Positions 13,323-23,633 of a stretch of DNA of 64,000 nt are shown here, piece after piece. Below the pieces are notes generated by a model that saw nothing but the letters and a program-made list of their open reading frames with translations, was not told the DNA's origin and did not search any database. Source of the stretch: Sarea resinae (taxonomy: Eukaryota); the NCBI GenBank assembly GCA_026026165.1, contig JAPEUD010000004.1, positions 124,001 through 188,000 on the forward strand, written 5' to 3'. Position 1 is the first letter of the stretch. The number at the start of each line of letters is the position of its first letter. The position numbers and the translations under genes are program-made.

Positions 13323-15424
13323 ATGTTGGACAGCTTCGAGATCCTGACGACCTCGGGGGTGGTGCTCTGGTCGAGGTCCTATGCGCCGGTCAGCGCAAAC
13401 GTCATCAACGGCCTGATCAACGATGTCTTCATCGAGGAACGAGTTACGCCGGGAGCGAATGCGGCGGGCGATACTTCAGCGGCCAGAAACCCCCCTTATA
13501 AGAAGGATCAGTATACGCTGCGGTGGACGACGGCGAAAGATCTCGGCTTGATATTCGTGGTACGTTTCTATTACAGCCAAAGACGTCCTCGACGAGCTCC
13601 TCACACTCTTTCCTACCTCTCTAGGCAGTGTATCAGTCCTTACTGCACCTGTCTTGGATCGATAAACTCCTCGATCATATTCGGACCATTTTTGTCGATC
13701 TCTACAAGGACCAGTTGCAAAAGCCTCACACAAGCATGGTCGAATGCCATTTCGATGGGTACTTCGACCAGCAGATGCGCGAGCTGGAGGACACTCCAAG
13801 TGGCCCTGCTCCACGCATTGCTCTCGAGGCTGTTGAGCCTGCTCCTACGAGCCAAGATGATTTGTCCGAGGCGCCGCCTCCAATCCCTGGCTTGCTAAAA
13901 GGTTCGTTGCTCCGGCGCCCCGGTCAATGCCTTGCCGCTGATTTATTCCTCACAGCGCAACCTAAAAAGGTAAATGGAAACATTCCCTCGTCGGAAAGTA
14001 CGCCCGTAACGACGCCGGACAATTCCCGCCCTGCCTCACCTGCCGTAAGCCACCTAATTGCGGCGAAAAGCGCCCCTGGAGGACGTACATCTCGCCGCGC
14101 CCGGAAGGCTGCCATTACTTCAGCTCATCCATCTTCTGGGGATGAATCACCGGCTAGGAGACCGAAAAGCGCCAAGTCTAACTCTAAAAGGATGCGACGG
14201 TGGGACGCAGATGGACTCGCCGATGAAGATGATGAAACTCCTCTGGATTATTCTGCTCCCGCTGATGGCGCTCATAAAGAAGATGTGGACGACGGCACCA
14301 GACCCAGTACGATGGAGGCAGTGACGCAGGAGTCGTGGGGAAGGAAGACCGGAAAAGGAGAATTCGTACTTAAGGATTTGGACGAAGAAGTTCATTCGAT
14401 CCTGTCGTCTGCAGATGCGAAGAAAACGAGTAGCGGCACCACCGGCGGTGTCGTTGGATCCAGCTTAGGAGCCATTGGAGGGCTATTCAGGAATGTGGTT
14501 GGCGGAAAGACGCTCACGAAGCAGGATCTGGAGAAGTCTATGAAAGGCATGGAGGAGCATCTCTTGAAAAAGAATGTTGCACGAGAAGCAGCAATCAGAC
14601 TATGTGAAGGCGTCGAGCGAGAGCTCATCGGCGTCAAGACTGGCAGTTTCCAAAGCGTCGAAACGACCATCCGCACAGCAATGGAGAATTCACTCCGTAA
14701 AATCCTCACCCCAACCTCCTCCCTCGACCTGCTCCGTGAGATCCACTCGGTCACTTCACCGTCCTCCCTCACCATGACCGCAAAACCTCGCCCCTACGTC
14801 ATCTCCATCGTCGGCGTCAATGGCGTGGGCAAATCCACAAACCTCTCCAAGATCGCCTTCTTTCTCCTTCAAAACAAATTCAAGGTCCTCATCGCCGCGT
14901 GCGACACCTTTCGCTCGGGCGCCGTCGAGCAACTCCGCGTGCATGCTCGCAATCTCAAGGAACTCTCCGCCCGTGAGGGCGGCCAGATCGAGCTCTACGA
15001 GAAAGGATACGGCAAGGACGCCGCGAACATCGCAAAGGACGCTGTCTCGTTCGCGGCAGCCGAGAAATTTGACGTCGTGCTCATCGACACGGCGGGTCGA
15101 CGCCACAACGACCAGCGCCTGATGAGCTCGTTGGAGAAATTCGCAAAATTCGCCCAGCCGGACAAGATCCTGATGGTTGGCGAGGCGCTCGTCGGCACGG
15201 ATTCCGTGCAGCAGGCGCGCAACTTCAACGCCGCGTTTGGCGCGGGCAGGAGTCTGGATGGCTTCATCATCAGCAAGTGTGATACCGTTGGTGATATGGT
15301 GGGTACGCTTGTCAGTATGGTGCATGCTACTGGGATACCCGTGTTGTTTTTGGGCACGGGGCAGCATTATAGCGATTTAAGGACACTGAATATCGGATGG
15401 GCGGTTAGGCTTCTGATGAGCTGA
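13323..15424 (+). CDS. SRP101: Signal recognition particle receptor alpha subunit
   Basis: N-terminal longin-type MLDSFEILTTSGVVLW; GTPase motifs GVNGVGKSTNLSK, DTFRSGAVEQL, DTAGR, SKCD, GTGQHYSDL. Confidence 0.96.
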
Positions 15425-15920
15425 AAAGTTGATTTGGACGGGGCCTTCTAGCTGCTTTGCCTGAGCTGCACCTCTTTTTATATTGGGCGATATGATACGG
15501 CCAAATGATTACCAATGAGATATACTACGAGGCAATTATGCCCTCGATATCACTGATTTCCTTTCCTCCCTTGCCATTTGTAGATCCCATTTGTAGATCC
15601 GGAAATATGATGCAATGTGGATTAATGATAAGATCAGGTCTGGGGCATCATGTATTATTTATATCAAATACTTGAGCGTGAACCCCGTTGGACCAGCGAC
15701 TGGCAAGACCTAAGAATCATAAGTCACTCAAATATCGAACATCTTCAGTTCAAAGACACATTCGCACGACAGAGTAAAGATCACTGGAGTTCATAATACA
15801 GGAGCAGGTAGAGCTGCACCGCGTTGATCTAGGATACATGCAACGTGTAGACGCGAGAGGCTATGGACAGAATCCCATGCCCGTGGGACAGGGCGCGAAT
15901 GAGAAGATTTGCAAGCTCGT

Positions 15921-16654
15921 CTACAGAATGGAAAGGTCGCCGAATTTTTCCTGGTGGAAGAGTGTGAGCATGCGAGACAAGGAGAGAAGGAAGGGAGATG
16001 GTGGGCGTACCTTGTATCCTGGCACTGACCAGCGACCCTTGGATACGAGCTGTGAGGTGCGCTCGTCGATGTCGGGACGGGCGGCAGCGACTTCGTCCTA
16101 TGTGAAGAACAGTTATTAGTATATGGCTCGTTGTGCGTAGAGGCTGCCTTGATAGATTGATAGCCGGAGGATTCGATACGCACCACAGTGAGATCCTCGA
16201 ACGGCCTGGCCTCCTCGATGTTTTTCAGCGTCTTCTCCAGATCCTGCAACTCAAGATCGACCTTGCCCTTCGTCTCTTCGGCATTCTTCACCGCCTGGGC
16301 CTCGAATGCCTCGATCGCCTTGATTTGCCGACCCACGTCGTACGTTGCGGGCTTGAAGCTCTTGAAGTGGTTCTCAATCTCGTCGATGACGGACTGGTTC
16401 TTCAGGATGGAGCGGTAGTGGGCGAAGTTGACCTCTTGCGGTGCATCGGCGAGCACCTGCAACTTGCGGCGGGCGTCATCGTTGCGCTTCTTGAAGTTTT
16501 GAAGGGCGGTGGCTGTCTGGCCCTTCAGGCCGAGCGAGGTGCCGATTCTCGCCCAGTCGATTTTCAGGGCTGCGCTTCGCTATTGGCCATCAATTGGTTA
16601 GATACGGGATGGATTGAGGATGTGCGATGATGAGGAGCTTACTCCGACGGCCAT
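15921..16654 (-). CDS. ATP7: Mitochondrial ATP synthase subunit d
   Basis: [45 protein letters not shown]-terminus [10 protein letters not shown]; three introns. Confidence 0.95.
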
Positions 16655-16760
16655 TTTGAATGATTCTGGAGGATGTTGTGGAGAGGGGAGAGCGGAGAGG
16701 GTTGGATTTCTGGATGCTGCAATTTGATGATTGAGGTAGTTGGGATGCTCGGGAACGGTA

Positions 16761-16795
16761 ATTGGCCGGTCACGTGGAGCAGCATTGCTTAGTCA
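16761..16795. promoter_or_regulatory. Candidate CCAAT box, E-box and AP-1-like site in the ATP7/ALDH divergent promoter
   Basis: ATTGG 16761-16765, CACGTG 16771-16776, GCTTAGTCA 16787-16795 within 35 bp, about 110-140 bp upstream of the ATP7 ATG. Confidence 0.35.
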
Positions 16796-17315
16796 GCGCG
16801 ACGGCTCTTGATCCCTTGGCCGGGCGGGACACCTCGATCGGATTGAATCCACCGATATATCGTCTTGCTGGAGTCCATTATGGGTCGAATTACATCTCCG
16901 GTGAAATGAAAATTGAACCTCTCACGTCTTCTTTTCTAGTCCCAACTAATGCATCGAGAGTAAAGAATGACTGCCTGCCTGGACAGTGCCAGTTTCTCTG
17001 CCGGCAAATGGTATATTGACGTGATTTCAGAAAGCAAGGAATCCTCAATTGGCATTTCTGCCTGGCTGATTGCTCCAGACATGCGTTCAAGATGCGGAAA
17101 TATTTGATTGTACACTTGAGCATCAATATCAAAGCCGCCAGAAACAACCTGTAGATGCTCACCAATGTCCCAAAAAGGTAAGAGGGGAGCTCGCATGTAT
17201 GCCATATCGGTACAAAGTACCCCCATCCGCACCACAAATCAGCACATTCCCAAAGCTCTCTAAAGCCTCAGGGAGCTTTCCCAGAGCTGGCATCTCCGTT
17301 CAGCAGAAACGGTCA

Positions 17316-19371
17316 ATGATGGAGTTCGTCAATCAGGTCTACGCCGACCTCCACGAGGTTGTCAGTCATCTCGTCTCCGAAGCTTTCTCCGATTTCTCGT
17401 TCTGGGAAGCTACAGGTGCTTGCTTGTTGTCGCTGGTCGTGGGTCTGGCGATATCTTATTATGTTAGCGATAGCCACGAGACTGCCGTGGATTATAGGGT
17501 GGCAGTGCCCGAACAATGCAATCCTGCGTGGAAAGGACAGGTCCTGGAAAATCCCGAATTGAAGGTCTGCCGGTTTATCAATTGCTCTTATACAACAACA
17601 TTGACTGACCATGTCATTTCTCAGGTGTCTGGGTCAAGCGCAATCCAATGCTACTGCCCTGCCACTGGCCAGCTACTTGGACGAGTCAATCCCGCCACCC
17701 CTGATGGCATTGATAGAGCCATTGCAAAAGCGCAAGAAGCACAGGTCAAATGGGCAAAGACAGAGTTCTGGCAGCGGAGAAAGGTGTTACAGACACTCTT
17801 GAAGTTTGTCCGTGGCTTTCACTTATAAAATGCACTGGCTGACGGAGGCCAGGTACATTCTCGAGAACCAGGAAACGATATCGACCGCAGCTTGTCTCGA
17901 CTCTGGCAAGACCCGCATTGATTCGTCCTTCGGAGAGATTCTGGTCACGGTGGAGAAGCTGAAATGGACGATCAAGCATGGAGAAAAGGCACTGAAAGCG
18001 GAGAGAAGGCCCACGAATTTCTTGATGATGTACAAAGTAAATGAGGTGCAATGGGAGCCACTGGGCGTGGTATCGTCTTGTGTGAGCTGGAAGTATGTTC
18101 TTTCCCATCTTTGACTTGAAACGATGGAAAACTAACTGGAGCACAGCTATCCTGTACGCGTGTCACCCTCGTATTCTGACGACAAGATCTAATCCCAAGA
18201 CTAACAGTTCCACAACCTCCTCGGCCCCATGATCTCCGCCATTTTCTCAGGCAATGGCATTGTAGTTAAAGGCTCTGAAGCAACCGCCTGGTCCTCAACC
18301 TACTTCACTGATATCGTCCGCGGTGCCCTCGCCTCATGTGGCCACTCCCCGAATCTCGTCCAATCTATCATCTGTTGGCCAAACGTAGCACCCCATCTAA
18401 CATCCCACCCGGGGATCTCGCATCTGACTTTCATCGGCTCCCGGCCCGTCGCTCATGCCGTCTGCAGCTCGGCCGCCAAATCCCTCACGCCCGTTTGCGT
18501 CGAACTCGGTGGCAAAGACGCAGCTCTTGTCCTCGACGACGTCCGCAACCTCAAGAAAGTCGCCTCCATCCTAATGCGTGGCGTCTTCCAGTCCGCAGGC
18601 CAGAATTGCATTGGCATCGAACGCGTCATCGCTTGCCCCGCCGTCTACGACGCCCTAATTGCGCACCTTGAACCCCGCATCCGCTCCCTGCGCATCGGCT
18701 CTGCGCTTGATGATCCCGAACACGTCGACGTCGGCGCCACTATCTCCCCGGCTCAATTCACCCGCCTCGAATCCCTCATCGCTGCCGCTGTTGACGCGGG
18801 CGCGAGACTTCTCGTTGGCGGCTCCCGCTACGCTCATCCTAAATACCCTCAGGGCCACTATTTCTCTCCTACGCTCCTGGTAGACGTGACGCCCGACATG
18901 AAAATCGCGCAGGAAGAGCTCTTTGCGCCCATATTCGTCGTCATGCGCGCCCAGAACGTCACTGATGCAATTCGTATCGCCAACAGCACCGAGTACGGGC
19001 TCGGCGCCAGCGTCTTCGGCAAGAACCGTCAAGATCTCGATCGAGCCGTTGCAGAGTTGAAAACAGGTATGGTGTCCGTCAACGACTTCGCGGTATACTA
19101 CGCCGTGCAGCTGCCATTTGGCGGCGTCAATGGCTCCGGGTACGGTCGTTTTGCTGCCGAGGAGGGCCTTAGGGGTCTGTGCAATACGAAGGCCGTCTGT
19201 CGTGATCGTTGGCCTGGACTGCTTTCGACGTCGATTCCGCCGCCACTCGATTATCCAATCAAGAGCGCCAAGAAGGGCTGGGAGATGTGTTGTGGGATTG
19301 TGGAGTTGGGGTATGGGGAGACGCTTCAAAGACGTGCAGGGGGGCTGTGGAGGCTCATCAAGAATGGGTAA
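17316..19371 (+). CDS. MSC7: Membrane-anchored aldehyde dehydrogenase, Msc7-like
   Basis: N-terminal hydrophobic anchor; EPLGVVSSCVSWNYPFHN (via micro-exon), FIGSRPVA, VELGGKD, FQSAGQNCIG, QEELFAP, PFGGVNGSGYGR. Confidence 0.9.
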
Positions 19372-19840
19372 GCCGCCCCTTGTGTGATGAGAATGACATG
19401 GGAGAGGGCTTGAGGCTAGAGAAGTAGGCGCAGTGCCAGGGAGAGGGTATAGAAAAGTAATGTATCTTGATAACTAAGATTGCTCTTGCTCTCTGAGGTG
19501 ACAATGGCTCGCTCTCTGAGGTCACAATGGCTTGGCAACATGTATGCATATGTAGGATAGAGATTTACCCGTCCCAAATGGTAACATCGTCTCGCATGCT
19601 TCCACAAGGCATGTATAACATAGATCTTCACATTACAAAGCATATATGTCGGTGATGAGTTGTCAGTATACGCTGCTTTTGAACTTAGATTCATTTTCAG
19701 TGTCTACATGTCCGCCTCGCTCCACAGACGGGCAAGCAGCGACCTGCAAACGGATTTCGCAGCTTACAGCTGCCGCTGCTACTACGACCCCGACCAGCAA
19801 CGCTCAATTCCGCTCTTCCTAGACAAAATTGGGGGTGAGC

Positions 19841-20628
19841 CTATATGCTAAGTGCCATGATGGAATTGACGATATCGTTGTCGTTCTCCTTGAGGGCCTT
19901 GACAGCCTTCTTCCGGCTGACGCTGGCCTGCGCCATAACGAGCTCGATGTCCTTGGCCTCAAGTCCGGAGTCGTCAACTTCCTCGTCGTCGTCCTCTTCC
20001 TCGACGGCCTTGGCCTCGGAAGTGTCGATGGCTTTGCCCTTGGCGTCGCCGTGGTCGTGGTCGTGGCTGTGGTCGTGGCCGGCGTGGTCGTGGGCACCGG
20101 CTTGTTCGGCGGCTGCGAGCTGCTGGGCTGCGGAGGCTTGGGCTTGGGAGTTCAGGTCTTCGATCTTGGCTTCACCGAAGATGCTAGGGAATTGTCAGGT
20201 TACTGGTTTCGGGGGTATGGAAGGGTTGTGGGAGGCATGGAGGACATACATCCAGGTGTTGCTTGAGGGGGACTTGTAAACATCGGGCTGGTTGATGACG
20301 AAGAGGATCTGCAAGAGAAGATAAAGTATTAATGCAATGAATCACTGGTAAAGCAATTCTTGTGCCCAAGAGGAGAAGATAAACTCACGTTCTTGGGCCG
20401 GCGCAGCGTAACTCTGGTAATACCAGGGACATGCTTCAAGCCGAGCTTGGAAATGGCCTTTCGTGCCTTCTTCTCATTGCGCGAGTGGACGGCTACGGAC
20501 GCACCGGCGGGGATACCGGCCTCGCCTTCGCCGGCCTCAACCTCGGAGTCGGAGCTGCTGTCTGCCTCCTCGACCTCGACCTTCTTGGTGGGCTCGTCGG
20601 GGAGCTCTTCGATGCGTGGGTTCGACAT
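19841..20628 (-). CDS. EGD2: Nascent polypeptide-associated complex subunit alpha
   Basis: [50 protein letters not shown]-like end [18 protein letters not shown]. Confidence 0.96.
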
Positions 20629-20989
20629 GATGTCTGATAGGGAACCTTTTCCGTAGAGCTTCTGGGCCAGAGCAGTTAGCAATGATTCCCGACCTGCATT
20701 CCGTCCTTTTGCGGGCGTCATCGCTGCTGCTGTGGCAGGGACGTAGTCTAGAACAAAATATCGTGTGGTGATATGTTGGGTGAGGTGGGCAGATGTGGAA
20801 GATCGTGTATGATTGCGCAGGTAGGTGGAATGGTATGTTCTCACTCACAAATTCACAGAGAGCGCAATTGGGAAGGAACAGCAACTTACTTGAATATGGG
20901 GCACGTAGAGGTGATGAATATAAGCGTTGAGCGCGAAAGCTTGAGCGAGCCAGATCCGTGAATTGAGGGCCTGCGTGGTGGTGAGCTTG

Positions 20990-20997
20990 TGTGACTG
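20990..20997 (-). promoter_or_regulatory. Homol D-like box upstream of EGD2
   Basis: TGTGACTG on + equals CAGTCACA on -, about 100 bp upstream of the putative 5'UTR intron donor. Confidence 0.5.
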
Positions 20998-21555
20998 TTT
21001 AGCGAGATGACTAAGCTCCTGCCTGATGCATTTGCAGGCTCAGTCAGTGAAATGGGCATTCATTTAGAAGACGATGGCAGTGGATTTATTTGATTTATTC
21101 TGGAGAATCAATTGAATTAATAATGATGAAATCTTACAGCATCAGTCGAAATGATTGGGGAAGTAATGTTCTGATGACCGCCGTTCTCGGTCTACACCAC
21201 ACTCAAACGTGTGCTGAGAGTCGCCATCGAACAAGACCCTAGACTACGCATTTGCCCAGGCAATTTTTGAGAACGCATATGTCCATCGCGAAAGCAACCG
21301 ATCTCGCCCTGACGAGAGTTGGACAGAACCTACGAGTCCTGGACCCGCCGATATGACACAGATTGCGTAACGTGGTTTTGGTTCCCTCCGACCACAGAGA
21401 TCTCGAGATGATAATAATGAATCGGAGAACCGTCAAATTTAGGTCATAGCGCTTGAATTCTAAGCGTACAAAGCATCTGACCACGAAATAGTTTGCCAGT
21501 GAACCTCCACCCACGCCGTTTCTTTTCTCCTTCGCAACTATTCTCGAATCCCAAT

Positions 21556-22201
21556 CTATGCCGCAGCGCGAACCTTTGCGAACGATTTTCGGACCTCGAA
21601 ACGTGCCTATGTTAAAAACAACAATGTCAGTAACCTTTCCTCTGATCTGCAAGTCCTTGTTCTGGGCCTGATGGCAGCACCAAACGCCTCGGCGCGCAAA
21701 ATGCCGATAGCCAGCCACTCGAAAGAATAAGGTAAAACCTACCTGCTTCCTCAACTTCATGACCTTGAATCTCTCGAAGTCGGTCAACTTCCGTCTCCGT
21801 TGCTTCAGGTCTCTGGTCTTCGCCCACGAACTCGACTCCCACTTCTTCTCAACCTCGGCCTTTTCCCATGCCTTCCTCGTAGGTCCGTTTCCTGCAGCGC
21901 GGGGGAGCTTGTCGATGACAATCGGGGTGAGGACAACGTTCGAAAGAGCAGCGGAGTGACGCGGGACGACGGCCTCCTCCTTGGAAGCTGGACCGTCAAC
22001 GAGGACCTATGGGAATCTGTAAGTGCTTGCTAGAGGAGGATTTTCGGACTGCTGCCAATGTTGCTGAAGACGTACGCGCTTGTGGTCGATGATCTCGACA
22101 ATGGCAGCGAGCTTGCCGTCGAACTTGCCGCCCTTGAAAAGGACGACACGGCCGACCTCGACCAGTCTCCACTGGGATGCTTTGATGTCGGCGTCACCCA
22201 T
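21556..22201 (-). CDS. RPL14: 60S ribosomal protein L14 (eL14)
   Basis: [59 protein letters not shown]; two coding introns. Confidence 0.97.
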
Positions 22202-22720
22202 CGCGTCAGAGAATCTGTGGCGGACGATTAATTCTGTGTTCTTCTGGTGATGACCGGTCGAAAAGTTGTTACTGACCACTTCGATTATCTGGGGTGGTGA
22301 GGGGTTAGTTGTCGTCGTTGTCAGTTTGCTGGATGATTGACGTTACGATATTGAAGCCCTCGAATCGTGAGGTTCTGCCCTTGCGCTAAGCCGAAGCGAG
22401 GCGATTTGTGGGTGCGACTGCTATTTTCCAGGTCCTAGGGCTCGTCAATCATTCTGTTTTCATCATGTGATCATACAGTCACGGGATATGTTTAGTTGCA
22501 TTAGCTAAGCAGCATTCGCGACCTACCTAGTACCTTAGACGAGCCAAACATAAGGTGGACTTCGACTATCTTTCTTTTCCTACCTCACCTAATGAATATT
22601 TTCCTCGAGCTTGGAGGTCCGAACCCACAACTGCTATTGCATTCATGAGGCCCAGCATCACTAATGTCATATGATAGTGAGTACTACTCTTCTTGCTTCA
22701 GGCCCTCATCCTCGCATTCT

Positions 22721-22830
22721 CTCAAATGATGCTATAATTTGCGATTGACCTCGGCGCCCGTGAAACTCTCGCCGGAGTTTCTAGACGGACCTGGGGAGGT
22801 GATATTCACTTCTTACATATTCTGACTTCT
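22721..22830 (+). ncRNA. snR87: Intronic box C/D snoRNA, snR87/U16(SNORD16)-like, predicted 18S Am436-equivalent guide
   Basis: C-like box ATGATGC 22726-22732, guide TAATTTGCG complementary to conserved 18S CGCAAAUUA, D box CTGA 22822-22825; inside an intron GTGAGT(22677)..GCTAAC(22886)..AG. Confidence 0.8.
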
Positions 22831-23007
22831 CAACCAACAAATACATCTGTCCTGGCGTTCTTCCTCTGGCAGAAAGATCAAGATTGCTAACAGCGTCAAG
22901 TCTGATACAGAAACCCATGCTCATGTGCCGGGCAAGGCAATGTCTTCAACTGCTTTATGCTAACTGGTAAGCCTCTTCTCTCCTTCTTTCCACCTGCCAC
23001 TTTTCCT

Positions 23008-23098
23008 TGTCCGATGATTATAAAACATCACGCACTAGATAGTAAGTGATCTCTTCGGAGAGCTGATCATACCTGATACACCAAGATCACTGAGGACA
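23008..23098 (+). ncRNA. Intronic box C/D snoRNA, U24-like, predicted LSU Cm1437-equivalent guide
   Basis: Terminal stem TGTCC/GGACA, C-like box GATGATT 23013-23019, internal C(TTCG)G hairpin, guide CACCAAGATC just before D box CTGA 23090-23093; inside intron GTAAGC(22967)..ACTAAT..TAG(23168). Confidence 0.82.
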
Positions 23099-23633
23099 TC
23101 ATATGCATACATCATATTTCAAGCAATTCAGAAATTGTCATCATGTACTAATCATCTGTTTGCTTTAGATCCGTTCTAGGTGGAAGTTCGATTCCCGGTC
23201 GCTAGTAATTTAATTTGCTACTTGCCCCCTGTTTGTTTACATACCTGAACTTTGGTTCCATGCTTGGAGCGCGCATACTGAGTGTGCTATTCGTCTCGTC
23301 GAGCTGTAATCAAAACAATGACAAATTTTTCTATCCTATGGTCCCACCTTTTCAAGCTGCGGGCAGACACTAGTTTGCTGAGGGTTGACTACCGCAGTAT
23401 GTAAACATTGTGAATAGGAAAAAGCATACAAGTATTAGTTATTCGTATTTATTAACTTCATATTCCTGCAAGGAGCATTGAGATCCAGTATATCTGCTAC
23501 TTCGAAATATTCCATGCTGGATTAATCTTACTGTGGGAGCATTTCCTGGCTCATCGTAGTTCCATAGCAAATAGCACATCTTTCCGAGTTCGCCAGGTGT
23601 GAACAGATGAAGGATCTTCGCAAGCAACCGAAA

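Noticed and set aside
14756..19329. Long antisense ORFs (14756-15367, 16133-16630, 18655-19329)
   Set aside because: Shadows of GC3-biased genes on the opposite strand
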